In this document: one piece after another, positions 20,066-29,107 of the stretch
How the letters are laid out: each line of letters opens with the position of its first letter
Numbering within the stretch: the first letter of the stretch is position 1
NCBI GenBank assembly: GCA_903845055.1
Contig: CAIMWF010000147.1
Location: 12,182-76,181, forward strand
Direction of reading: 5' to 3'
Source: an uncultured Bacteroidales bacterium
GTDB taxonomy: Bacteria > Bacteroidota > Bacteroidia > Bacteroidales > FEN-979
DNA: 64,000 nt
The notes under the pieces: generated by a model
Seen by the model: only the letters and a program-made list of their open reading frames with translations
What the model was told of the DNA's origin: nothing
The model's database searches: none
Program-made: the position numbers and the translations under genes

Positions 20066-20256
20066 CACTTTACACTGTGCGTAAAAAAGTCGCAAACTTC
20101 ACTTTTTTGATTTGGGAGGGGGAATTAACCTTTGCCTTCCTGATGATCAGTTCGACAGGCTGAAACCCTTTATTCCCAGGTCATTTGAAAGCAAAAGTAA
20201 CGTGTTTAAAACTTCTTTGCAAATTTATTTCGGGTTGTCGAATTTTATCTTTTAAC
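20066..20256. repeat. ~190-bp non-coding repeat, copy 2; contains a leftward promoter
   Basis: Colinear with 16810-17001; minus-strand TTTG (20220-20223)-N20-TACTTTTG (20192-20199). Confidence 0.85.
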
Positions 20257-20322
20257 TGTCTCTTATAAAATTTAATTGTTTCCTAATAAAGAAACATTTA
20301 TCTTTGCGCATATTTTTACTGT

Positions 20323-20664
20323 ATGACTGAAAAATTTCAAGTTCAGTTTTTGGAAGAAGCAGCAAGGTTTATTGAAAACCTTGACGAAAAGACGAGAGAT
20401 AAAGTCATTTATAATATTCAAAAGGCAAGATTTTCAAATGATAAAGAGCTGTTCAGAAAACTAAAGGACGAAATCTGGGAGTTCAGGACCTTGTTTAACA
20501 AAACCCATTACAGACTCTTTGCATTTTGGGACAAGACCGGAAAGACAGAAACCGTCGTAATTGCAACCCACGGACTTGTTAAAAAGACCGACAAAACACC
20601 AGGTTCTGAATTGGAAAAAGCAGAGAAAATCAGGCAACTTTATTTTAAAAGGAACAAACAATGA
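20323..20664 (+). CDS. Type II toxin, RelE/HigB (Gp49-like) family
   Basis: FLEEAARFIENL..KVIYNI..EIWEFRT...YRLFAFWDK..THGLVKKTDKTP. Confidence 0.88.
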   Translation: MTEKFQVQFLEEAARFIENLDEKTRDKVIYNIQKARFSNDKELFRKLKDEIWEFRTLFNKTHYRLFAFWDKTGKTETVVIATHGLVKKTDKTPGSELEKAEKIRQLYFKRNKQ

Positions 20665-20987
20665 AAGGTAAACCGTTACAAACAATAAGTCTGGATGAAG
20701 TTACCGATAAATATATTGGTAAACCAGGCTCTCCAAAGCGTGAAGCATTCGACAACGAATTGCGTCTTGATCTGCTCGGAGAGGCTATTAAACAAGCAAG
20801 AAAAGAGCGCCATTTGACTCAGGAAGAACTTGGGCAGTTAGTTGGTGTTAAAAAAGCACAAATCTCCAAATTGGAAAACAGCCTGACACAAGCCCGGTTT
20901 GATACGATAATTAAAGTTTTTAATGCGCTGAACGCCCGGGTAAGTTTTAACGTCGAGTTGCTCAATCAGATCGTTAAACTTGCATGA
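20661..20987 (+). CDS. HigA-like XRE HTH antitoxin
   Basis: IKQARKERHLTQEELGQLVGVKKAQISKLEN; overlaps the toxin. Confidence 0.88.
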   Translation: MKGKPLQTISLDEVTDKYIGKPGSPKREAFDNELRLDLLGEAIKQARKERHLTQEELGQLVGVKKAQISKLENSLTQARFDTIIKVFNALNARVSFNVELLNQIVKLA

Positions 20988-20988
20988 C

Positions 20989-21726
20989 ATGAATTGCCTT
21001 ATCATCGATGATGAAAACCACTGCATCCAATCCCTGATCAAGCTGATTGAAAAGAAATTCAGCGAAGTCAAAATTCTCGGGACCTGCCTTGATTCAACAA
21101 CCGCATTTGACCAGATCATGCAGTTAAAGCCGGATTTCATTTTCCTTGATATCGAGATGCCTTTCCTGAATGGGTTTGATCTGCTTTCCAAGTTTGAAAA
21201 GCTGTTTTTTGAGGTGATCTTTACCACCGCATACGATGCTTATGCCATTAAGGCTATTAAGTTCAGTGCACTCGATTATTTGTTAAAGCCAATAAATCCC
21301 GAAGACCTTGATGTTGCGATTGAAAAGGTTAAAAGCAAACATAGCTATGTCAGCCAGGAACAACTCCAGCTTGCTAAAACTATAAATAACAGGCATCTGC
21401 CCGATACGATTGCCTTGCCAACCACAGATGGGTTGACATTTACCCAGGTGAATGATATCATATATTTCTCTGCAGAAAGCAATTACACAAGAATTCATTT
21501 GACAGATAAAAGCGATATCCTTCTTTCAAAAACCCTCGGTGATGTGGACGAACTGTTTCGCGACTACCATTTTTTTCGTATTCATAATTCCTTTCTCATC
21601 AACCTGAAGCAAGTCAAAAAGTATATACGGGGAGATGGGGGTGAGGTAATAATGAGCAATGGCCAGAACCTCCAGGTGGCCCGCACGCGGAAGACTGATT
21701 TCCTGAATGAATTTATGCGGATCTGA
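20989..21726 (+). CDS. LytTR-family response regulator
   Basis: CLIIDDE, FLDIEMP, FTTAYD, LDYLLKP, FFRIHNSFLINL. ATG 20989 preferred; track gives 20980. Confidence 0.93.
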   Translation: MNCLIIDDENHCIQSLIKLIEKKFSEVKILGTCLDSTTAFDQIMQLKPDFIFLDIEMPFLNGFDLLSKFEKLFFEVIFTTAYDAYAIKAIKFSALDYLLKPINPEDLDVAIEKVKSKHSYVSQEQLQLAKTINNRHLPDTIALPTTDGLTFTQVNDIIYFSAESNYTRIHLTDKSDILLSKTLGDVDELFRDYHFFRIHNSFLINLKQVKKYIRGDGGEVIMSNGQNLQVARTRKTDFLNEFMRI

Positions 21727-21730
21727 TCCG

Positions 21731-21824
21731 CTGCCTGCCAATAAAAATTTCCTACCTGTTACAGCACAATTCCTGCCAGCGGATAAGTTCCGCTTGATTT
21801 CACTTTTCCCGGAACCTACATTTG
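21731..21824 (+). promoter_or_regulatory. Three direct repeats at 21-bp spacing (putative LytTR boxes) and a -7 element
   Basis: ctgcctg 21731, ctacctg 21752, ctgccag 21773; TACATTTG 21817-21824. Confidence 0.55.
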
Positions 21825-21898
21825 TTTATTCTTGAATTGAAAATCGATAAATTCATTCGTAAACCCAAAATCGTCCAATTATAAATAATTCAATCGCC

Positions 21899-23113
21899 AT
21901 GAAAAAAACACTTATACTTTCTATAGTTCTGATCCTGATAGGACTAGGCTCATTCGCACAATGGGTCCCATTATCAAGTGGTACCAGCAATAATATAAGT
22001 GCCCTTGCTTTTACCAGTGCTACTGCGGGCTATGCAGTATGTGATGCCGGCATCATCTTAAAAACCACAAACGGTGGGCAATCCTGGACCCAACTACCCA
22101 GTGTAACATCCAGTAATTTATGGTCTGTTTCCTTTCCAACTGCCGACACGGGGTATGTGGTAGGGGAAAATGGAACCGTGTTAAAAACCACAAATGCAGG
22201 AGCCCAATGGGTTGCCTTACCGAGCGGGACAACACAATGGCTGGATGCTGTTTTTTTTACATCAACAGAAAGCGGGTGTGCTGTAGGCCAGAATGGAACC
22301 ATACTTAAAACAATCAATGGAGGTATAAGTTGGACTGATCATTCAGTATCGCTTAGTTATCCGTTGAGATCGGTGTTCTTCACTGATGCCAGTACGGGAT
22401 ATGCTGTTGGTGGAACTCTCATTGTATCTGTTGTATTAAAAACCATTGATGGAGGAATAAACTGGACTATTCTACCTGCTGGCCCGCAGAACAAGATTTT
22501 GACTTCAGTTTTCTTTCCCAATGCAAATACAGGTTATATAGTAGGGGGCAAAGGGAATCACAATATTGGCACAATACTTAAAACCACCGATGCTGGCTCA
22601 TCATGGACGGAACAAACGATCGGTACCTCCTGGTTATGGTCAGTTTCATTTCCTGACAATAATACTGGCTATGCTGTTGGTGAGGCTGGAAGCATCTGGA
22701 AAACCTATGATGCAGGTGCAACATGGGCGGCCCAGTTCTCTGAAACACTTGATGCACTATATGCAAGTTTCTTTACTAATGCTTATTTGGGGTATGTGGC
22801 TGGTGCTAATGGTACAATTCTGAAAACCACCAATGGGGGGATACAGGTTGGAATTGATGAAAAACAAAATATATTTGGATTATCATTCCATTTTGACCCT
22901 GCCAATGAAAAGATAACCATCAGACAATCGGAATCAGTCCGGAATATTATTGGAACAGTAGCAATTTTTGGAATGACAGGACAAATTCTGATCAAACAAC
23001 CAATTGTCAGTTCTGTGCTGAAATTGAATGTTAGTGGACTTGCAGCCGGTGTTTATATTGTCAGACTGAGCAATAATGAAAAGGTAGTGTCAGGAAGGTT
23101 CATAAAAGACTAA
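21899..23113 (+). CDS. YCF48-like BNR-repeat protein with T9SS CTD
   Basis: Seven repeats of L.SV.F....GYAVG..GTILKTT.GG..W; CTD GLAAGVYIVRL...RFIK. Confidence 0.88.
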   Translation: MKKTLILSIVLILIGLGSFAQWVPLSSGTSNNISALAFTSATAGYAVCDAGIILKTTNGGQSWTQLPSVTSSNLWSVSFPTADTGYVVGENGTVLKTTNAGAQWVALPSGTTQWLDAVFFTSTESGCAVGQNGTILKTINGGISWTDHSVSLSYPLRSVFFTDASTGYAVGGTLIVSVVLKTIDGGINWTILPAGPQNKILTSVFFPNANTGYIVGGKGNHNIGTILKTTDAGSSWTEQTIGTSWLWSVSFPDNNTGYAVGEAGSIWKTYDAGATWAAQFSETLDALYASFFTNAYLGYVAGANGTILKTTNGGIQVGIDEKQNIFGLSFHFDPANEKITIRQSESVRNIIGTVAIFGMTGQILIKQPIVSSVLKLNVSGLAAGVYIVRLSNNEKVVSGRFIKD

Positions 23114-23143
23114 CAAATAGTATTAAATATGAGATGATAAATC

Positions 23144-25222
23144 TTGTCCACTCATTTTTGTACATTTACCCTTGTGAAATCCCGCACCCTAAATTGTTGG
23201 CAAACGCTACTGCTGATCCTGTTAATCAGCGGAAAGGTTATTGCCCAACACTCTGAGCAGGAAAAACTACCTATACTGATTGCTAAAGAGTCTAACGAAG
23301 TAAACAGAATAAACCTAATTGTTCGTTACGTCATGATCTATGCAGCAACCCGCGATTTCAAGCATTGGTTTGATGAAATACATATTCTGTCAATCAAGAA
23401 CAATTACCGCCCAGGGTTGGTTTATAGTCGTTACTATGAAGCGGTTATTCTGGCTGACAGCGGTAAATATAATGGTGCCATAGCAAGGTGCAAAAATTGC
23501 ATTGATGGAATGGATTCTACAAGAGCTGTTCAATATTTTGACTATCCGCTGCATAATATCCGCTTTTTCTTTAATATGGCAGATAAAAGGCTGGAGATGT
23601 TTCAATATTATACTACCAAACTTGCCTATTATAAAATTCACGGTCCTGTTGAAAATACCGCGACATGTTTTCATAGTTTGGGATTGTATTATCTTTCCAT
23701 AGCGGATTATGATAAGGCAATAGGGTATTTCATCAGGGCCCTCGAGGTGTATAAAACGTTTGATCCGCTTGGCGCTCTGAATGAAAGGGGAGTCATCGGG
23801 TCTGCATATCTGGATTGGGGAAATATAGATAAAGCTGAATTGTACATGAAGTCATTTAATACCCAAAACCAGGCTAATAAAGGATATGACACTGATGATT
23901 TTGACATGTGGGGAGACCTCTATTTCATGAAACACGAATACAGCCGCGCACTTCAATGTTATTTCATGCAAAAGCAGACCATCAAGAAGATGGAGACGTT
24001 TTTTCAAGCCAATAATTTGATGAAAATTGCATCGGTGCACCTGAAATTAGGCGACAACGACAGTGTGTTGTTCTACCTTGAAAGCGCAGATAATATTAGG
24101 CAAAAAGAAAAATCCGGAATCTATTTTGCAAATAATTTTGGTGACATTGATTTTATTTTTTACCAGTATTATGTTGCTGTTGGCAATAAAAAGTCAGCCC
24201 TTAAAAGTCTGGAGATATCATTTCAAAATGCCCGACTATCAAATGATGTCCGCCAAATATTGGGATGCACCAAAGAATTAAATTCATTTCTTTTGAAAAA
24301 TGGAGACTCAATGCGTGCTCTCCGATACTTGTTGCAATACAACACTTTGCAGGATTCATTGAATTCACAGAACGCACAGGCAAGAATCGCAAGTTTTGAA
24401 ATTGAACAGCAGCAGCAAGCGAAAGAAACTGAAATTGAACATTTGCAGGTGCAAAAGAAAGAACAACGAAACTACTATTTGTTTGGAGGTGCGTTTTTGC
24501 TGCTGATTGTCATCGCCGTGATCAGCCTAATTCTCTACAGAAGAAAAAGAGACAAAGCGCAGTTAACCTCAGATTTCAAAAACCAACTGGCTAAGGCCGA
24601 AACCAAGGCCCTGCGTGCGCAGATGAACCCTCATTTCATCTTCAATTCACTGAACTCGATCAACAATTTCGTGACAGATCAGAAACATGAGATTGCTTCT
24701 GATTACCTGCTCAAGTTTTCAAAACTGATACGGTTGATTCTGGATAATTCACGAAGTGAAACGATTCCGCTTGATAAGGAACTGGAAACATTACAGTTAT
24801 ATGTCCAGCTTGAAAGCATCCGATTCGAAAATCATTTCAAATATGAAGTCAACATTGCCGAAAACACAAGTACCGGTTCCATCATGATCCCCCCAATGCT
24901 GCTGCAACCTTTTATTGAAAATGCCATCTGGCACGGTTTGATGCAGAAACGGTCCAAAGGCACAATTACGGTTGACATTGGTAAGGAGAATGAGAAATTC
25001 CTGCATATTTCAATTACCGATGACGGTATAGGGCGGGAGAAAGCCGCAGAAATTAAAAGCAAATCTGCCACCCACCAATCACACGGGCTGAAAGTAACCT
25101 CCGAGCGGATCGAGATGATGAACAAGCTTAATTCCACCGGGGCGCAGGTTCATATTATTGATCTGAAAGATGAGCAGGGCAATGCTTTGGGGACCAGGGT
25201 GGAATTGATCATCCCGGTTTAA
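23144..25222 (+). CDS. TPR-containing LytS-type sensor histidine kinase
   Basis: ALRAQMNPHFIFNSLNSI, LQPFIENAIWHG, DDGIG; one TM; periplasmic TPRs. Confidence 0.9.
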   Translation: MSTHFCTFTLVKSRTLNCWQTLLLILLISGKVIAQHSEQEKLPILIAKESNEVNRINLIVRYVMIYAATRDFKHWFDEIHILSIKNNYRPGLVYSRYYEAVILADSGKYNGAIARCKNCIDGMDSTRAVQYFDYPLHNIRFFFNMADKRLEMFQYYTTKLAYYKIHGPVENTATCFHSLGLYYLSIADYDKAIGYFIRALEVYKTFDPLGALNERGVIGSAYLDWGNIDKAELYMKSFNTQNQANKGYDTDDFDMWGDLYFMKHEYSRALQCYFMQKQTIKKMETFFQANNLMKIASVHLKLGDNDSVLFYLESADNIRQKEKSGIYFANNFGDIDFIFYQYYVAVGNKKSALKSLEISFQNARLSNDVRQILGCTKELNSFLLKNGDSMRALRYLLQYNTLQDSLNSQNAQARIASFEIEQQQQAKETEIEHLQVQKKEQRNYYLFGGAFLLLIVIAVISLILYRRKRDKAQLTSDFKNQLAKAETKALRAQMNPHFIFNSLNSINNFVTDQKHEIASDYLLKFSKLIRLILDNSRSETIPLDKELETLQLYVQLESIRFENHFKYEVNIAENTSTGSIMIPPMLLQPFIENAIWHGLMQKRSKGTITVDIGKENEKFLHISITDDGIGREKAAEIKSKSATHQSHGLKVTSERIEMMNKLNSTGAQVHIIDLKDEQGNALGTRVELIIPV

Positions 25223-25303
25223 AATCAAATATAAAATGGTAAAATGTAAAATGGCGAAACAGTTTTCACCATTTCGCCATCTTGCCATTTTGCATTTGCC
25301 CTG

Positions 25304-25377
25304 TAGCGGGATCGAGAGTTGAACTCGAGACCTCCGGGTTATGAATCCGACGCTCTAACCATCTGAGCTACCCCGCC
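25304..25377 (-). tRNA. tRNA-Met (CAT), probably elongator; CCA not encoded
   Basis: GGCGGGGTAGCTCAGATGGTTAGAGCGTCGGATTCATAACCCGGAGGTCTCGAGTTCAACTCTCGATCCCGCTA folds as a cloverleaf with anticodon CAT. Confidence 0.93.
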
Positions 25378-25499
25378 AGAATTTGAGGGTGCAAAGTTAA
25401 AAAAAATGTTGAATGGATAACGCTAAAATCACAAAATATTGGTCACGGGTTTCACGCCTGACGTGAACCTTAAAACCTTTTCACAAGGCCGCCCCATTC

Positions 25500-25529
25500 C
25501 TCGTCACTCGTCACTCGTCACTCGTCACT
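25500..25529. repeat. Heptamer tandem repeat (CTCGTCA)x4
   Basis: Seen directly; a related array lies at 48658-48687. Confidence 0.8.
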
Positions 25530-26883
25530 TGATCCACACCGTCTTGACATTGACAAATTCCCTGATGCCATAAGACCCCAGTTCGCGTCCGTATCCTGAC
25601 TTTTTAATCCCGCCGAAAGGCAACCGGGGATCGGACCTGGTCATCCCGTTTACAAACATGGCCCCTGTCTCCACCTGGCGGGCAACGGCCTCACCTCTTT
25701 GAACATCCCGTGTAAACACGCACCCACCCAACCCGAAAGAGGAATCGTTGGCCACCAGGACTGCCTCCGCTTCGTCGTGTACGGTGATCAGTGATATAAC
25801 CGGGCCGAAGGTCTCTTCACTGTATACCGGCATCCCGGGCAGGACATCCGCCAAAATGGTGGGTTCGAAATAACATCCCGCGCGTTTCGCGCGATATCCG
25901 CCGGTGACCAGCCGTGCCCCGGCCGCGACCGACCGCTGCACCTGTGCCTCAATTTCGTCCACCAGGTCTGGCCTTGCAAGCGGACCCACCTGCGTTGCGG
26001 AGTCCGTCGGGTCGCCGGTCCTCAGGGCTTCAAAAGCGGTTTTAAGCGCGGTTTCAAACGGCGGGGCAACCTCCTTCACCACGATGAACCTTTTGGCGGC
26101 GATGCAGCTCTGCCCCTGGTTGATCATCCGGGCGGTGACCGCGGTTGCTGCCGCCAGTCCCAAGTCGGCGTCGGCCAGCACAATGAAAGGATCGGCCCCG
26201 CCCAGTTCAAGGAGGCTCTTTTTAAGGTAGCGGCCTGCCAGGGAGGCCACCTGGCTGCCGGCAGCCTCGCTGCCCGTGAGGGTGACCGCAACGACGTCCG
26301 GATGGGCGATGACCGCTTCAACAGCGGGGGAGGGGATCAGCAGGGTCCTGAAAAGGTTTTCCGGGAACCCGGCCAGGCGGAAAATATCCTCTAAGGCCAG
26401 GGCGCAGCCGGGAACATTGGAGGCATGTTTGAGAACAGCCGCGTTGCCCGCCATCAGGGCCGGGGCGGCAAACCGGATCACCTGCCAGAAGGGGAAGTTC
26501 CATGGCATGACTGCCAGGATAACACCCAGGGGCTGAAATGCCACGAAACTGCGGGAGGCAGCGCTGGCGATCTCTTCATCACGCAGGAATTCTTCGGCCT
26601 TTTCGGCATAAAATTCGCAGACCCAGGCACATTTTTCAATTTCCGCCTCCGATTCAAGGAGCAGTTTTCCCATTTCTGCCGTCATCAGCCGGGCAAACTC
26701 TGCTTTTTGTTCGCGCAGGATACGCGCCGCGTTCTTCATCATGACCGCACGCTCGCTGAAGGAGGTGGATTTCCAATCCTGCCAGTCAAGGTCAACTTGG
26801 TGGATGATGGACTGAACCTCCTGGGATGAATGCTCTTGGTATTCCTGTATTATCTCCCCTGTGGCGGGATTGATCGACTTCAT
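25525..26883 (-). CDS. NAD(P)-dependent succinate-semialdehyde dehydrogenase family
   Basis: MPWNFPFWQ, LTGSE, LELGG, GQSCIAAKR, EETFGP, PFGGIKKSGYGRE. Confidence 0.9.
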   Translation of the reverse strand: MKSINPATGEIIQEYQEHSSQEVQSIIHQVDLDWQDWKSTSFSERAVMMKNAARILREQKAEFARLMTAEMGKLLLESEAEIEKCAWVCEFYAEKAEEFLRDEEIASAASRSFVAFQPLGVILAVMPWNFPFWQVIRFAAPALMAGNAAVLKHASNVPGCALALEDIFRLAGFPENLFRTLLIPSPAVEAVIAHPDVVAVTLTGSEAAGSQVASLAGRYLKKSLLELGGADPFIVLADADLGLAAATAVTARMINQGQSCIAAKRFIVVKEVAPPFETALKTAFEALRTGDPTDSATQVGPLARPDLVDEIEAQVQRSVAAGARLVTGGYRAKRAGCYFEPTILADVLPGMPVYSEETFGPVISLITVHDEAEAVLVANDSSFGLGGCVFTRDVQRGEAVARQVETGAMFVNGMTRSDPRLPFGGIKKSGYGRELGSYGIREFVNVKTVWIK

Positions 26884-26921
26884 GGGCAGTTGAATATCTG
26901 GATAAAGAATGAACCTGGTTC

Positions 26922-28976
26922 TTATTCGATGATGAGCTTCTGAATGGCAAGCACGGTCGCATCAGGACCGGATAGCTTCACGATATACATACCCGGGTTT
27001 AGTTTCCCGGCGTCGAAAAGGTAGTCATTTCCATCCAGGCGGGCAGAAAATACCTTCCTGCCGGTAAGATCATACAGGGCAACCGACTTTTCAGAACCGG
27101 GCAGAAAACCGCTCAGCGTAACCCTTATGCTACTTCTGGCGGGGTTTGGGAATACCGTTATCCCGCCGGTTTGGGCCTGTCCGATGCCGGTTCCGTAACG
27201 GCCCGACTGCACCAGGCAAAGGTTATGATTGCCCGCAGGAGTTTCGATAACAAGGTTTGCCACGCGGTTTCCGGCCCCGTTGTGACTCTGCCCGGCAGTG
27301 AACTCCACCAGGGCACCGCCGGTCCCGGAGGTAGCGGAAGCATTGGCCCACGAAGGCCAGCCAACGTTGCTGATGGACCAGGGCTGGTTTGTCTTTATGA
27401 ACAGATCTTCGGTGTAAGAACCCCACTCCCAACCGAGGACCAGCGTGTCGGGATGGGATTCGAAATAGGGGGCCGGATTGGGTGATTGCATCACGGAGTA
27501 ATATTTAACATTTGAATTGTTGCCGGTGGTAATCTGGACAACCGTAACGACCAGGCCCAGGGTCGTGTTGGTATCTGTAGTTGTCACGAGAATATTTGCA
27601 TTCCCGGAACCGTTTAGCTGGCTGAACTGGAATTTTGTATCTCCCGGGGGTATGTGCAGGGACCACGAGCTGTTTGACACAATGTGCATGGTGGCAGTAT
27701 CTCCGGGCAGATATCCCAGGGTCAACGAGGCAGGACTTACTGTAAGCGATGGGATCATCGTATTGCAATCAATGTATATTGGGGTTCCCCATTCCTCACT
27801 GCCTTTCTTGAAATATACCAGGTCTTCATAATCATAATAAACCTCCCAGTTATAGAGGGTCCATTGCTTCCAGTGGTTGCGCCCGACTCCCCGGGTAAAT
27901 TCCTCTTCATAAATATGACTGCTGTAAGCGGGGTTTTCCATCCAGCAACACGCGTAATAGTTGTATTTTTCACCGGTGGCCGGGTGTTCCAGTCCGATGC
28001 CCTGCAGCGTTGTGTAGAACTGCGTCCCCGACGTATTGAATATACAGGGGACCGTACCAGGCGAATTGCCGGCCGGTTGGTTTGTATAGGGATAGGATTC
28101 CTGCATAATGCCAATGGAATAGGAGGTCACATATCCCTGGGAGAAGCTGAAACCGGTCGTAGCCTTGCAGTAATCGAATGTATAGGTGACGGTGCCCCCG
28201 CCGGCGGCTACCTGCTTTGCGGTCACCGTTTTGATTGTATAATAATCATCGGTATAATGCTGCGAAGTCAGCTGGTAATTGTCGTGTTTTTTGATATGGA
28301 ATACGTCCCCGATATTATAATCGTAGACATCGTGCCAGGTGAGTCCCTGGAAGCCGATGGCCGGCTGGGAGCGGCCTTCCAGCGTATAAAGATCGGTGGA
28401 TTCAGGCATCCTGTAAAGATCGTAAAACTGGACCAGTCCGAACCGGCGGCTCAACCGGATGGTTTTGCCGTTAAAGTAGTGCGCGATGTTCGCGCCCCCT
28501 GCATCCTTCGCCTGGAAGGTGAAGGTCTTGACCGTGTCGGTCATGCCGAGAAACGTTTCCGGCTGGATGGAAGTGCAGGTGGCCATCAGCAGCCCGTATT
28601 GGGGCAGGTTGATAAACTTCCACGTGCTATTCACACCAGCACCTGCGTTCAGCAGTATGGTGTCGCCGGCGGCTGTATAAAACCTGAACCATCCATTGCT
28701 GAGCTTTTCGATCCTACGGCCCAGGATGCCGCCGGTGGTGTCGAGGATGGTTCCCGGGGGTGTCATCGGGCGGAAGGTGTTTACCGCCAGGAACAGTGTG
28801 TCGCCATTGCCCGCTGCCGTGGCGGATTCGTAACCGACGCCCGAGAGAAGCCCGGGCTGAACGGTCAAAGCCGAATACCAGGCTGTTCCGGAGTTTATAA
28901 GATTGCAATAGTTCTGGCCCTGCAAAACCGGGCAGGCGACCAGGAGGACGAGGATTAGGAAAAGATGGGGTTTCAT
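26922..28976 (-). CDS. T9SS-secreted protein with BACON-like domains
   Basis: Signal peptide from MKPHLF; two (I/V).(S/T)N..W...(A/S).SG.G repeats; CTD VFPNPA..YDLTGR..PGMYIV..KLII. Confidence 0.8.
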   Translation of the reverse strand: MKPHLFLILVLLVACPVLQGQNYCNLINSGTAWYSALTVQPGLLSGVGYESATAAGNGDTLFLAVNTFRPMTPPGTILDTTGGILGRRIEKLSNGWFRFYTAAGDTILLNAGAGVNSTWKFINLPQYGLLMATCTSIQPETFLGMTDTVKTFTFQAKDAGGANIAHYFNGKTIRLSRRFGLVQFYDLYRMPESTDLYTLEGRSQPAIGFQGLTWHDVYDYNIGDVFHIKKHDNYQLTSQHYTDDYYTIKTVTAKQVAAGGGTVTYTFDYCKATTGFSFSQGYVTSYSIGIMQESYPYTNQPAGNSPGTVPCIFNTSGTQFYTTLQGIGLEHPATGEKYNYYACCWMENPAYSSHIYEEEFTRGVGRNHWKQWTLYNWEVYYDYEDLVYFKKGSEEWGTPIYIDCNTMIPSLTVSPASLTLGYLPGDTATMHIVSNSSWSLHIPPGDTKFQFSQLNGSGNANILVTTTDTNTTLGLVVTVVQITTGNNSNVKYYSVMQSPNPAPYFESHPDTLVLGWEWGSYTEDLFIKTNQPWSISNVGWPSWANASATSGTGGALVEFTAGQSHNGAGNRVANLVIETPAGNHNLCLVQSGRYGTGIGQAQTGGITVFPNPARSSIRVTLSGFLPGSEKSVALYDLTGRKVFSARLDGNDYLFDAGKLNPGMYIVKLSGPDATVLAIQKLIIE

Positions 28977-29025
28977 TGCTGAAGGATTGGTGGCCATAAG
29001 CAAATCTGTCTTCTGCTCCATAAAT

Positions 29026-29083
29026 ATAGTGACAATTTCACCAAAATGGCAAAAGATAGTGACAATTTCACCAAAATAGCAAA
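29026..29083. repeat. ~30-bp tandem duplication
   Basis: atagtgacaatttcaccaaaat(g/a)gcaaa occurs twice. Confidence 0.75.
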
Positions 29084-29107
29084 TACAGGGATGAATAAAG
29101 GCAGGTC

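Larger units (their letters stand above)
14847..25349. mobile_element. Composite genomic island integrated at tRNA-Met; no intact integrase
   Basis: Bounded by tRNA-derived direct repeats, with an internal third copy at 19865-19882. AT-richer; carries TA modules and secreted cargo. Confidence 0.8.

Noticed and set aside
19780-20110. Long stop-free minus-strand frame (..YYDVLKTLDPKTGKGD..) crossing the internal att site
   Set aside because: No evident upstream start codon, and it runs through the att core and terminator. At most a trace of an integrase 5' end; not supportable as a gene.
27684-28958. 424-aa plus-strand ORF
   Set aside because: Antisense shadow of the T9SS protein.
29026-29083. 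CRISPR-like direct repeats
   Set aside because: Only two adjacent copies, with no spacer and no cas genes; a simple tandem duplication.
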